64,000 bases of DNA from Candidatus Bathyarchaeia archaeon (GCA_038850545.1 JAWCLS010000001.1:4285-68284), one strand, 5' to 3'; positions 27,350 through 37,081 are shown, counted from the stretch's first letter. Notes: a model not told the origin generated them from the letters alone. Made by a program: numbers and translations.

Positions 27350-28747
27350 GTGCCATCAGCAAAGATAATTTTGGACGAAGAAGAAATTCCCAAACAATGG
27401 TACTGCATACTGCCAGATCTGCCAAAACCGCTTCCGCCATTCATAGAACCAGATACAAGGGCGCCTGGAGGTGGAGTAGCCCCAAAAATATTCCCAAAGG
27501 CGATCCTAGCTCAAGAATTCAGCAAAGACCGGTGGATAGATATACCTGAAGAAGTGAGGGAGGTTTACAAACTTTGGAGGCCTACCCCGCTTTTTAGGGC
27601 TGTCAGACTTGAAAAAGCATTGAATACCCCTGCCAAAATTTACTATAAGTACGAGGGAGCTAGCCCACCTGGAAGCCACAAGCCCAACACAGCTGTCGCC
27701 CAAGCCTACTACAACATGAAAGAGGGCATTCAGAGGCTAGCGACAGAAACTGGAGCTGGCCAGTGGGGTTCCGCCTTAGCTTTTGGCTGCATGATGTTCG
27801 GGTTGAAATGCACAGTTTACATGGTAAAAGTGAGTTATCAGCAGAAGCCCTACAGAAGAATTATGATGGAGTCTTATGGAGCGGATGTCTACGCAAGCCC
27901 AAGCGAACACACCGAAACTGGCAGAAAAATTCTGAAAGAAGATCCTAACAATCCAGGCAGTTTGGGTATAGCCATAAGCGAGGCTGTTGAAGACGCGCTC
28001 ACCCACGAAGACGCCAATTACGGGATAGGCAGCGTTTTCAACCACGTTTTACTGCACCAAACAGTGGTTGGGTTAGAAGCGAAAAAACAGCTTGAATTAG
28101 CTGGAGACTACCCAGATGTCATATTTGGATGTATAGGTGGGGGAAGCAGCTTTTCAGGAATATTCTGGCCTTTCTATTACGACAAAGTTTCCAAAAAAGC
28201 ACCGAAGAACACGCGATTTGTAGCAGTGGAACCCACCGCGTGTCCATCAGTCACAAAAGGCGAATATACGTATGACCATGGGGACACGGCAAGGATAACG
28301 CCTCTGGTTCCAATGCACACCTTAGGCCACGATTATATACCGCCTCCAATTCACGCTGGAGGCTTACGCTATCACGGGATAGCCCCAACAATAAGCTTGC
28401 TCGCTTCGGAAAAACAACTGGAAACAGTGGCTTACAATCAAGTTGAAGTTTTCGACGCCGCAAAACTTTTCATTCAAACTGAGGGCATAATACCAGCACC
28501 AGAACCAGCCCACGCCATAAAGGCGGCGATTGATGAAGCCTTAAGATGCAAAAAAACTGGCGAAGAAAAAACTATCCTGTTCTTGCTGTGCGGCCACGGC
28601 TACTTTGACATGCAAGCCTACTCTGACTACTTTAGCGGCAAACTGCCACCATACGAATATCCAACGGAAAAAGTTGAAGAAGCTATGAAGAAACTTAGGA
28701 AACTCTATCCATGGCTGGACGAAGTTAAAAAGAAATACATAGGATAA
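27350..28747 (+). CDS. trpB2: TrpB2-type tryptophan synthase beta-like PLP enzyme (stand-alone)
   Basis: [26 protein letters not shown] is the N-terminal extension typical of TrpB2. PLP-Lys region GSHKPNTA and GGGSSFSG are present. No trpA is adjacent. GTG start is at 27350 or 27341. Confidence 0.85.
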   Translation: MPSAKIILDEEEIPKQWYCILPDLPKPLPPFIEPDTRAPGGGVAPKIFPKAILAQEFSKDRWIDIPEEVREVYKLWRPTPLFRAVRLEKALNTPAKIYYKYEGASPPGSHKPNTAVAQAYYNMKEGIQRLATETGAGQWGSALAFGCMMFGLKCTVYMVKVSYQQKPYRRIMMESYGADVYASPSEHTETGRKILKEDPNNPGSLGIAISEAVEDALTHEDANYGIGSVFNHVLLHQTVVGLEAKKQLELAGDYPDVIFGCIGGGSSFSGIFWPFYYDKVSKKAPKNTRFVAVEPTACPSVTKGEYTYDHGDTARITPLVPMHTLGHDYIPPPIHAGGLRYHGIAPTISLLASEKQLETVAYNQVEVFDAAKLFIQTEGIIPAPEPAHAIKAAIDEALRCKKTGEEKTILFLLCGHGYFDMQAYSDYFSGKLPPYEYPTEKVEEAMKKLRKLYPWLDEVKKKYIG

Positions 28748-28866
28748 AAACCTCACTTTTCCTCCATTTTTCATATCTTTAAACCACTACTAATTTTTAT
28801 TAAGTGATTTAACCGAGTAGGTAGAGAGCTGATTTAAAATTTGGCGAAAGGAAGCTGAGTGAAGGG

Positions 28867-29997
28867 TTGATTAGGAATAAAAATTCGGCAAAGAATGTAG
28901 GCTTTATTGTTAATCCAATAGCAGGTATGGGAGGAGCTGTTGGACTTAAAGGCACTGATGGGAAAGCGATTTTAGAAAAAGCTGTGGCACTCGGGGCTAA
29001 ACCCATAGCACCAGCTAGGGCGAAGTCTTTCCTATCTGAACTGAAACCCCTTAAGGAGAAGATAAGGCTCATTGTTGGAGCTGGAAGCATGGGGGAGAAC
29101 GAAGCCAAAAGCTGTGGCTTCTCATGCGAGGTTCTTGGTGAACGTAAAAGGGAAACAAGTGCTGAAGACACGGTAAAAATTGCAGGAGAAATCAAAGAAA
29201 TAGGCGCAGACATCATTGTTTTCTGCGGCGGGGATGGAACAGCCCGCGACATATTCAATGCGGTTGACACCAGTCTACCCGTATTAGGCGTTCCAACAGG
29301 AGTAAAAATGCACAGCGCCGTGTTCGCAGTTAACCCTAAAGCAGCGGCAAAAATCGTTGCAGCTTTCCTTTTTGAGGGGTTGCCCCTGAAAGAGGCGGAG
29401 GTTATGGATGTGGATGAGGAAGCTTTTAGGAAGGGGCGGGTGTCCGCAGAGCTGTATGGGTATATGCTGGTTCCCTACGAGCCGCTGCTGATTCAAGGCG
29501 CTAAAATGGCAAGCCCAACAACAGAAAGCGAACTGCGCAACCAAGCCGCCATAGCAATCTACATAATTGAAAACATGCAGCCAGATGTAATCTACATCAT
29601 GGGCCCTGGAACCACAACCCGAACCATAGCAGACCTTTTAGACGCGGAAAAAACGCTTTTGGGAGTTGACCTATTCTGCAACAAGAAAATAATAGTCAAA
29701 GATGCAAACGAAAAACAGATTCTGGAGCACATCCGCGGCAAAAAAGCGCAAATTATAGTTACGCCCATAGGCGGACAAGGATTTATTTTTGGAAGGGGAA
29801 ATCAGCAGATAAGCCCAAAAGTCCTTCGGCAAGCAGGCCTAGAAAATATAATCGTGGCTGCCACAAAAAGCAAACTGGAAAACTTGAAAAGTTTAAGGGT
29901 TGACACCGGCGATCCAAGCCTAGACGATGAACTCCGCAAGCGCCGAATAAAGGTTATAATCGACTACAAAATTGAACGCGAAATGCCCGTTGAATAG
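28867..29997 (+). CDS. ATP-NAD kinase-like family protein (COG3199 / AcoX-like)
   Basis: GFIVNPIAGMGGAVGLKGTDG and GGDGT motifs are present. TTG start. Confidence 0.75.
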   Translation: MIRNKNSAKNVGFIVNPIAGMGGAVGLKGTDGKAILEKAVALGAKPIAPARAKSFLSELKPLKEKIRLIVGAGSMGENEAKSCGFSCEVLGERKRETSAEDTVKIAGEIKEIGADIIVFCGGDGTARDIFNAVDTSLPVLGVPTGVKMHSAVFAVNPKAAAKIVAAFLFEGLPLKEAEVMDVDEEAFRKGRVSAELYGYMLVPYEPLLIQGAKMASPTTESELRNQAAIAIYIIENMQPDVIYIMGPGTTTRTIADLLDAEKTLLGVDLFCNKKIIVKDANEKQILEHIRGKKAQIIVTPIGGQGFIFGRGNQQISPKVLRQAGLENIIVAATKSKLENLKSLRVDTGDPSLDDELRKRRIKVIIDYKIEREMPVE

Positions 29998-30077
29998 CGC
30001 GTTGTTAGTGGCAAAATGATTTAATATGCAGGTTGCACAAACAGCTTATGATTGTCTAAGTGGTTGGAAAGCGCCAA

Positions 30078-31181
30078 ATGATTCCAATTAATGCCCCACA
30101 AGTTGGGGAGGAAGAAATTGAGGCTGTTGCCGAAGTTTTAAGGAGCGGTGTGCTTACGCACGGGCTTGGCGAAGGCCCAATGGTTAAAAAGTTTGAAGAA
30201 GATTTTGCAAAGTTTGTTAAGGCAAAATACGCCTTAGCCGTTAACAGCGGAACAGCCGCCTTGCATATGGCGGTTGTGGGTGCTGGAGTAGAGCCCGGCG
30301 ACGAGGTTATTCTTCCAAGCTTCACTTTTGTAGCAACAGCAGAAGCCGTTGTAATGGCTGGAGCCAAACCCATATTCGTGGATATAGACGCTGAAACTTA
30401 CAACATTTCTCCAGAAAAAATTGGAAAAGCCGTAACGAAAAAGACTAAGGCTGTAATCGCTGTTGACCTTTACGGCTCGCCAGCCGACCTAAAACCCATC
30501 CGAGAAATAGCAGACAAACACGGGTTAAGGGTTATCGAGGATGCGGCTCAAGCTCACGGCGCAGTTTACAATGGAAAACCAGTCGGCGCCTACGCAGATG
30601 TTGCGTGCTGGAGCTTCTATGCAAGTAAGAACATGACCACAGGCGAAGGAGGCATGATAACAACAAACGATGCGGAAATGGCTGAAAAGTTTAAGCTTCT
30701 AAGAAGCCACGGGGAGAAAGAGAAATACAAGTCTATTCTTTTGGGGCATAATTACCGCATGCCAGAAATCCAAGCCGCAATAGGCTGCGTGCAACTAGCC
30801 AAACTGCCTAACTTTTTGGCGAAAAGGCGAGAAAACGCGGAAAGACTAACTGTAAAACTTAGAGAGGTGAAAAATCTGCGGCTGCCCACGGAGCCAAGAG
30901 ACTGCAGAAACAGCTGGTATCTTTACACCGTTAGACTAAAGGATGCGAAGAGGAAGAAAAGAGACGTTGTTGTCCAGAAGTTGAGGGATAAAGGTATAGG
31001 CGCTGAAGTATACTATGCTTATCCCATCCACCTTATGCCATACTACCGAAAATTTGGGAAGTTTAAACTCCCGGAAACAGAGAAAGCTTCAGAGCAGGTT
31101 TTTTCGCTGCCAGTTCATCCAAGCGTAACCCTTGAGCAAATAGATTTCATAGGCGAAACTGTTCTGCAATATATAAAATGA
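30078..31181 (+). CDS. DegT/DnrJ/EryC1/StrS-family PLP-dependent aminotransferase
   Basis: The fold-I sugar-aminotransferase pattern is present, including AVNSGTAALHMA, DAAQAHG and the PLP-Lys context FYASKNMTTGEGG. Confidence 0.85.
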   Translation: MIPINAPQVGEEEIEAVAEVLRSGVLTHGLGEGPMVKKFEEDFAKFVKAKYALAVNSGTAALHMAVVGAGVEPGDEVILPSFTFVATAEAVVMAGAKPIFVDIDAETYNISPEKIGKAVTKKTKAVIAVDLYGSPADLKPIREIADKHGLRVIEDAAQAHGAVYNGKPVGAYADVACWSFYASKNMTTGEGGMITTNDAEMAEKFKLLRSHGEKEKYKSILLGHNYRMPEIQAAIGCVQLAKLPNFLAKRRENAERLTVKLREVKNLRLPTEPRDCRNSWYLYTVRLKDAKRKKRDVVVQKLRDKGIGAEVYYAYPIHLMPYYRKFGKFKLPETEKASEQVFSLPVHPSVTLEQIDFIGETVLQYIK

Positions 31182-31268
31182 AAGTAGATGCCACGCTAGG
31201 TTTTTATACAATGCTTCGCAGTATTGAACTCCTCGGCATGACCAAGAAGGTTTTGGGGAAACCTAACT

Positions 31269-32606
31269 ATGCAAAGATTAAAAGTTATCATAATGGGTGC
31301 TGCTGGAAGAGACTTTCACAATTTTAACGTTTACTTTAGAAATAATGACGCCTACGAGGTTGTTGCCTTTACAGCCACGCAGGTTCCCGGAATTGAAGGG
31401 AGAATTTATCCTCCAGAACTTGCAGGCAAGAACTACCCAAATGGCATACCAATTTATCCGGAAGAGGATTTAGGCAGGCTGATAAGGGAGTATGACGTGG
31501 ACCAGGTGGTTTTCGCCTACAGTGATGTTTCCCACGAATATGTCATGCACAAAGCCTCCTTGGTTTTGGCGAATGGCGCTGACTTCAGGTTAATGGGCCC
31601 TAAAACGACAATGCTGAAGGCTAAGGTTCCAGTAATTTCAGTAGGCGCTGTTAGGACAGGCTCCGGAAAAAGCCAAACCTCCCGTCAAGTTGCAAAAATT
31701 TTGAAAAATAAAGGTTTAAAAATTGTTGTCGTTAGGCATCCCATGCCCTATGGAGACTTAAAAAAGCAGATTTGCCAACGTTTCGCCTCCTACGAAGACC
31801 TTGACAAGTACAACTGCACAGTTGAGGAAAGAGAGGAATATGAACACCACATAGACAATGGAGTGGTGGTTTACGCGGGAGTGGATTATGAAAAAATATT
31901 AAGAGAGGCGGAGAAAGAAGCGGACGTGATTGTGTGGGATGGAGGAAACAACGACTTACCCTTCTACAGGCCAGACCTACACATAGTCGTAGCCGACCCC
32001 CATAGAGCGGGACACGAAGTCTCATATCATCCCGGCGAGGCTAATCTGAGAATGGCGAACGTGGTGATAATAAACAAGGTTGATACAGCAGATCCCCAAA
32101 ATGTGGACAAAGTCAAAGAGAACATTAAAATGGTTAACCCAGACGCCGTGATCCTGGAGGCGGCATCGCCTATAACGGTTGACAGGCCAGATTTAATCAT
32201 GGGAAAACGTGTTCTGGTGATTGAGGATGGACCCACATTGACGCATGGTAACATGTCCTATGGGGCGGCGACAATTATAACAAAACAGCTTGGGGCAAGC
32301 GAGCTAGTCGACCCTAGACCGTATGCCGTGGGTTCAATAAAAGAAACTTATGAGAAATATCCCCATTTAGGAAATGTTCTCCCAGCGGTGGGTTACGGTG
32401 GGAGACAAATAGCCGAACTTAAGGAAACAATCACTCGCACGCCTTGTGATGTTGTGGTGATAGGAACCCCTGTGGACTTGAGAAGAGTCATGGCAATCGA
32501 CAAAACAGCAGTAAGAGTAAAATACGAGCTTAAAGTATTAGAGCCATTATCTCTAGAGCAGGTTCTAGAGGATTTCCTCAAAGGGATGAGAAAAAATGGG
32601 AAATGA
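31269..32606 (+). CDS. COG2403-family P-loop protein (predicted GTPase; cyclic 2,3-diphosphoglycerate synthetase-like family)
   Basis: KVIIMGAAGRDFHNFNVYFR plus Walker A GAVRTGSGKSQTS. The specific function is not assignable from sequence alone. Confidence 0.7.
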   Translation: MQRLKVIIMGAAGRDFHNFNVYFRNNDAYEVVAFTATQVPGIEGRIYPPELAGKNYPNGIPIYPEEDLGRLIREYDVDQVVFAYSDVSHEYVMHKASLVLANGADFRLMGPKTTMLKAKVPVISVGAVRTGSGKSQTSRQVAKILKNKGLKIVVVRHPMPYGDLKKQICQRFASYEDLDKYNCTVEEREEYEHHIDNGVVVYAGVDYEKILREAEKEADVIVWDGGNNDLPFYRPDLHIVVADPHRAGHEVSYHPGEANLRMANVVIINKVDTADPQNVDKVKENIKMVNPDAVILEAASPITVDRPDLIMGKRVLVIEDGPTLTHGNMSYGAATIITKQLGASELVDPRPYAVGSIKETYEKYPHLGNVLPAVGYGGRQIAELKETITRTPCDVVVIGTPVDLRRVMAIDKTAVRVKYELKVLEPLSLEQVLEDFLKGMRKNGK

Positions 32607-32979
32607 AGAAACTGAGATTTCTCGAATAAAAATAAAATTTATGATTGAAGGTTTAGGTGAAGCTGAGGGGGAATTTATCCGCCATTTAGCCCCAAGAACA
32701 GTGGACATCATTGTTAGGAAACTTCCCTTTGAGGGAAGAGCTGCCCTCTGGAAGGAGGAGGTCTACTTTGAGATACCCGTGCGGATGGGCGATGAAAAGG
32801 CGAAAAGCGTTGTTGAAAAGGGAACCATAGCTTTCTGGCCTATGGGAAGCGCCCTCTGCATATTTTATGGAGAGTCTCAGCCCTACAGTCCAGTGAACGT
32901 TCTGGGAAAGGTAACCAAAAATCTTGAACTCTTCAGCAAGGTTAAAAGTGGAACAAGAATTAAAGTTGAAAAGTTATAG
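32596..32979 (+). CDS. cyclophilin-like fold protein (PF04126-like)
   Basis: LAPRTVDIIVRKLPFEGRAALWKEEVYFEIP...GTIAFWPMGSALCIFYG resembles the Cyclophil_like family. It overlaps the upstream gene by 11 nt. Confidence 0.6.
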   Translation: MGNEETEISRIKIKFMIEGLGEAEGEFIRHLAPRTVDIIVRKLPFEGRAALWKEEVYFEIPVRMGDEKAKSVVEKGTIAFWPMGSALCIFYGESQPYSPVNVLGKVTKNLELFSKVKSGTRIKVEKL

Positions 32980-33483
32980 GAATGCGCTTTCGCTCCAGCT
33001 TCTTAAAAGCTTTTCACACTCTTCTTTTACCTCTTTCTTTCGGCTTTTTCTTTTTAATGTCTCAAGGAATTCTATGCGTTTCTCTACCGAACGCCTTTCA
33101 GCTTCACCGCCATAGTACAATTGGCCTTCAAGATATTCCTTCATGTGGTTTGCCTTTTGTATGAAGAGGCTTGCTGAGTCCACAGGATTCTGCACAGCGT
33201 ATTTGTTTGCCCAAATGCTAGCTTCAGATTCGCGGAGCTGTGTTAACCCATCAATCTCCACTATTTCTTTAATGTATGTTCTCAAAAAATCATGGTAGCC
33301 AGCTGTCTTGACAAGTTTAAGCGCAGCTTTCACCTTCTGCTTAAAATCAAGGCTTCCTTTGACCCTTAGACGATGCCTATAACCTTTCTTCACCAGCTCT
33401 TGAGCTTCCTTAACTTCATCGGCTGTATATATTCTGTTTGGAAATTTCAATTGAACCTTAACCTCTGGTGGTGAAGCACGCAT
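32974..33483 (-). CDS. hypothetical basic protein
   Basis: 169-aa ORF with no recognised family. Confidence 0.5.
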   Translation of the reverse strand: MRASPPEVKVQLKFPNRIYTADEVKEAQELVKKGYRHRLRVKGSLDFKQKVKAALKLVKTAGYHDFLRTYIKEIVEIDGLTQLRESEASIWANKYAVQNPVDSASLFIQKANHMKEYLEGQLYYGGEAERRSVEKRIEFLETLKRKSRKKEVKEECEKLLRSWSESAFL

Positions 33484-33514
33484 AAATATTTGGAAGGCAA
33501 TACGGCGAAGTAAT

Positions 33515-33847
33515 TTAATCTGCTGCCTTGTAAATCTTAATGTTGTGGTTTCCTGAGACCAGTTGAACCACCCCGCTGCCTTCCAGTTTTTCCAGCAAAT
33601 CTTTTGCTGCGCTTATGCGTATGTTGAAGCGAGATGCCACCGTATAGGGTGTTAGAACACGCATTTTCTTCAAATCTTCCACCATTTTTTCATCCCTGAC
33701 GTCTAGAGCAAGGATCCCTGTCAGCTTTTTCTCCTTCGCCCCTGACTTGTCTTTTTCCTTCTTCTTTCTCTCTTCCTCATCCTTCCTCATTTGCATGCGT
33801 TCCATCTGCTTTAAGCTTAGCTTTTTCTTTCCACCCATAACAGGCAT
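33515..33847 (-). CDS. rps25e: 30S ribosomal protein S25e
   Basis: Lys-rich N-terminus plus a wHTH C-terminus ...VLTPYTVASRFNIRISAAKDLLEKLEGSGVV. Confidence 0.85.
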   Translation of the reverse strand: MPVMGGKKKLSLKQMERMQMRKDEEERKKKEKDKSGAKEKKLTGILALDVRDEKMVEDLKKMRVLTPYTVASRFNIRISAAKDLLEKLEGSGVVQLVSGNHNIKIYKAAD

Positions 33848-33946
33848 CTCCGGAAAGTTTTACTGCGGTTATTCTTCTCGTTACCCCACTTATATGCGTT
33901 ACTTATCCAAAACTAAGGTACAAAAAGAAAGAAGGGGTTGAAAGGC

Positions 33947-34168
33947 TTATCTGCCCATAACTTTTCGAGCTGCAATTTCGATATCTTCAGCTTTTATAGT
34001 CTTTCTTCCAGTATGCATTGCAAAGTCGAGGGCTTCCTTAGCTATCTTTATACCTATCTCCTCTAACGCTTTGGCTAACTCCTTTGCAGCTGCTTCACTC
34101 ACTCTGTCAGCTCCAGCTTTTTTGCATAGCCTGTGCATGGGAGCAATAGCTAACTCTAAATCTGCCAT
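33947..34168 (-). CDS. archaeal histone (HMf family, histone fold)
   Basis: LAIAPMHRLCKKAGADRVSEAAAKELAKALEE...HTGRKTIKAEDIEIA is a typical archaeal histone. Confidence 0.9.
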   Translation of the reverse strand: MADLELAIAPMHRLCKKAGADRVSEAAAKELAKALEEIGIKIAKEALDFAMHTGRKTIKAEDIEIAARKVMGR

Positions 34169-34306
34169 AAAGACTCCTCCGTAGCTTCTTTTTGTATTTA
34201 AAGCAATATTTAACGTTTATTGCATTTTTTCACAAAATTTTACGCTCAAGCCTAGTTTTCTTCAGACAATAAAGGAAATTATAAAAGTGTCTAAATCTGT
34301 AGTTTT

Positions 34307-35122
34307 ATGTTCAAAAGTGATGCCAAAATGAAGCCTTTGAACTACGTCGACGTGCACATACATCTTTCAGACGAAGAATATAGTGAAAAGGTTGATGAAA
34401 TTGTTTTTGAAGCTAAAAAATGCAATGTTATCGCTTTGATTTCTAATTCCATGGATTTGGAAACAAGCCTTGGAAGTCTGGAACTGGCTGAAAAATACGC
34501 AGGAACAGTTTACGCTGCTTTAGGGGTTCACCCGTGGAGTGTAAACGCCCTAACTGAAGACCAAATTCATGAAACATGCCAGCTTATCCTAAAACAGCAA
34601 AGGAATAATGCTTTAGTGGCTATTGGAGAAGTTGGACTAGATTACAAATATGAGAAAATATGGAACAAACAGCTTATGGTTTTTGATGAAATGTTACGTT
34701 TAGCTGAGAAGCTGGATTTGCCAGTCATAATTCACTCCCGTGGAACAACCTCGAAAATCGTTGAGATGCTTCCATCATACCGCCTTAAAAAGGTCTTGTT
34801 GCACTGGTTCAGCAACCCTATAAGCATATTGCCTAAAGTTGTGGAGAAGGGATACTACATCAGCGAGGGGCCGCCAGCAGCATATTCCAACGGCATACGC
34901 GATGTTATTAAAAGAATACCTTTAACAAATCTTTTAACAGAAACCGATGGGCCAGTGCGCTATTTTAAAGGCCCCTTTAACGGCAAAACAACGACCCCTG
35001 CTTTTATTCCAATAGTTGTTAAGGCTGTAGCGGAGATAAAACAGGTGAATGTGGCTGACGTTGCTGAGCAGATAATAAAAAACTTTGAAGATTTTTTCCA
35101 ATTAAAGTTGAATTTGAGTTAA
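34307..35122 (+). CDS. tatD: TatD-family metal-dependent hydrolase
   Basis: VDVHIHL, GEVGLDY, IHSR and TDGP motifs are present. The likely start is the Met at 34328. Confidence 0.85.
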   Translation: MFKSDAKMKPLNYVDVHIHLSDEEYSEKVDEIVFEAKKCNVIALISNSMDLETSLGSLELAEKYAGTVYAALGVHPWSVNALTEDQIHETCQLILKQQRNNALVAIGEVGLDYKYEKIWNKQLMVFDEMLRLAEKLDLPVIIHSRGTTSKIVEMLPSYRLKKVLLHWFSNPISILPKVVEKGYYISEGPPAAYSNGIRDVIKRIPLTNLLTETDGPVRYFKGPFNGKTTTPAFIPIVVKAVAEIKQVNVADVAEQIIKNFEDFFQLKLNLS

Positions 35123-35258
35123 AAGGATAAGTTTGTGATGTCAGTTTAAGGTGCGGACGCGTAAAGTTAAATTAGCCTTGCTGTTTTATGATTTGTTCAC
35201 TTTACCCATTTAACGGTGAAACGTAGAAATGTTAAGTCTGCTTGGGGGACGTTGAAGT

Positions 35259-35480
35259 TTGGGAAATGTTCGAACAGAACACATTAAGCGTTTAGCCGAA
35301 GAACTCATTAGGCGTTTTCCTAACAAATTCTCCAGCAAATTTGAAGAGAATAAACATGCAGTTTCCACGTTGTTGCAGGGAGCGACAACCAAAGTGCGAA
35401 ACCAAATTGCCGGATACATCACCCATATTTATGGTGGCATGCAAACGCCAACTGCTAGTGAGGGCTCAGAAAGCGGGTAA
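35259..35480 (+). CDS. rps17e: 30S ribosomal protein S17e
   Basis: (M)GNVRTEHIKRLAEELIRRFPNKF...VRNQIAGYITH matches eS17. TTG start. Confidence 0.9.
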   Translation: MGNVRTEHIKRLAEELIRRFPNKFSSKFEENKHAVSTLLQGATTKVRNQIAGYITHIYGGMQTPTASEGSESG

Positions 35481-35530
35481 ATTTATTAGATTACCCTTTA
35501 TTATTTTAGAAAACACGGAGACCCAAAATC

Positions 35531-35905
35531 ATGATGGACCAGTATAGACGAGGATGGGCTTTGCGGTATCTGCGGGAAGCAAAGGCTGAACTTGAAGCTG
35601 CGAGAAAAATGCCCTACATGGCTTCAAGCCTGATCTTGGAAGCCATAAGAAAGGCTAGGAACGCCGTATACTACAGCCTAGGAGAACCAGCCTTCATAGA
35701 GATAGTTGTAAGGGAAGCTGTAGAAAATATGCGGATTGGAAGCGATCCCGTATTGAAGTGTTTAGTTGAAATTGAAGGAACACTGCAACAGCTAACACAG
35801 CTAGAAGAGGTGGACGAGGAAAAAGCCATAAAACAGGCAGACAACCTAATACAAATAGCCTCAGAAATAGTTGAAACTTTAATAGGGGAAAAAGTAGAAG
35901 ATTAA
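35531..35905 (+). CDS. hypothetical all-helical protein
   Basis: 124-aa ORF with no motif recognised. Confidence 0.5.
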   Translation: MMDQYRRGWALRYLREAKAELEAARKMPYMASSLILEAIRKARNAVYYSLGEPAFIEIVVREAVENMRIGSDPVLKCLVEIEGTLQQLTQLEEVDEEKAIKQADNLIQIASEIVETLIGEKVED

Positions 35906-35908
35906 AAA

Positions 35909-37081
35909 CTATAATTTTTCTAGAGCCTCAGACATTCGGTCTAAGGCTTTCTTAATGTTTTCAACGGAGGTCGCAAATGATAGGCGTAGGTATCCTTCAC
36001 CATAGGCTCCAAAGGCTGTTCCAGGTAAGACTGCAACGCCCGCCTTGTTAAGCATGTAATCGGAGAGCTCTTGGGACTTCATTCCTGTTCTTGTTATATT
36101 CGGAAATACGTAGAAGGCTCCGCGAGGTTTTTTACATGTTACTCCTTTAAGCTTGTTCAAGCCTGAAACTATGACTTCCCGTCTCTTTCTGAATTCTTCA
36201 ACCATTTTTCCAATACTGTCTTGCGGACCTTTTAGGGCTTCGATGCCTGCCATTTGGACGAAGGCGCATGTGCATGAGTTTGAGTTTATCATCAGCTGAG
36301 TTATTTTTTGAGCCAGGTCTTTTCGCATGACGCCGTAGCCGAGTCTCCAGCCTGTCATGGCGTAGGTTTTTGAAAAGCCATCCAAAATTATGGTTTTCTC
36401 TTTCATACCTGGAAGCGAGGCGATGCTTTCATGCTCCCCTTCATAAATTATTCTATTGTAAATTTCGTCTGAAAGCACTAAAACGTCGTCTCTGTCAGCA
36501 ACGCAGTCAGCTATCAGTTTCAAGTCGTCCTTCGTTAAAACGTTGCCAGCGGGGTTTCCCGGCGAATTTATGATTATCATCTTCGTCTTTTTCGTTACGT
36601 GCTCCTTAACGTATTCGTGGTCTATTCCAAAGTCGTTATCTTCTTTGAGGGGCACCGGCACTGGTTTGGCTCCGACAAAGTTTATCACAGACTCGTATAT
36701 TGGAAATCCTGGATTCGGATATAATACTTCCTCGCCTGGGTTTACGCATGCAAGTATAGCGAAGAACATTATTGGTTTGGCGCCAGGCGTCACAACAACC
36801 TCTTCGGGGTCAACCTCAATGTTTCTGCTCTTTGCAACATCTTCAGCTATAGCTTCTCTCAATTCTTGGATGCCCGCCGCTGGAACGTAATGAGTGTAGC
36901 CTGCGTAAAGGGCCTTCACCGCCGCGTCCTTTATATGCTTAGGCGTGTCAAAGTCTGGCTCACCAATCTCCAAGTGCAAAATATTTTTACCCTGTCTCTC
37001 AAGGGCCTTCGCTTTTGCAAGCACTTCGAAGGCTGTCTCCGTTCCAAGGTTTTTCATTCTTTCCGCGAGTATGGATGCCAC
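35909..37081 (-). CDS. class-I PLP-dependent aminotransferase (aspartate aminotransferase-like)
   Basis: SKTYAMTGWRLGY (PLP-Lys), NPGNPAG-like INSPGNPAG. 390 aa. Confidence 0.9.
   Translation of the reverse strand: MASILAERMKNLGTETAFEVLAKAKALERQGKNILHLEIGEPDFDTPKHIKDAAVKALYAGYTHYVPAAGIQELREAIAEDVAKSRNIEVDPEEVVVTPGAKPIMFFAILACVNPGEEVLYPNPGFPIYESVINFVGAKPVPVPLKEDNDFGIDHEYVKEHVTKKTKMIIINSPGNPAGNVLTKDDLKLIADCVADRDDVLVLSDEIYNRIIYEGEHESIASLPGMKEKTIILDGFSKTYAMTGWRLGYGVMRKDLAQKITQLMINSNSCTCAFVQMAGIEALKGPQDSIGKMVEEFRKRREVIVSGLNKLKGVTCKKPRGAFYVFPNITRTGMKSQELSDYMLNKAGVAVLPGTAFGAYGEGYLRLSFATSVENIKKALDRMSEALEKL

Noticed and set aside
28809-29270. 153-aa antisense ORF over the 5' part of the COG3199 gene
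   Set aside because: The translation is low-complexity (S/P/A-rich). The opposite strand carries the conserved GFIVNPIAGMGG...GGDGT motifs.
31269-32606. Calling the COG2403 protein cyclic 2,3-diphosphoglycerate synthetase
   Set aside because: Only family-level resemblance can be judged by eye. No 2-phosphoglycerate kinase is nearby, and most family members are uncharacterised. I kept it as a generic P-loop protein.
35123-35258. C/D-box sRNA suspected from GTGATGT upstream of rps17e
   Set aside because: There is no matching D box (CUGA) or C'/D' pair at appropriate spacing, and no terminal stem.
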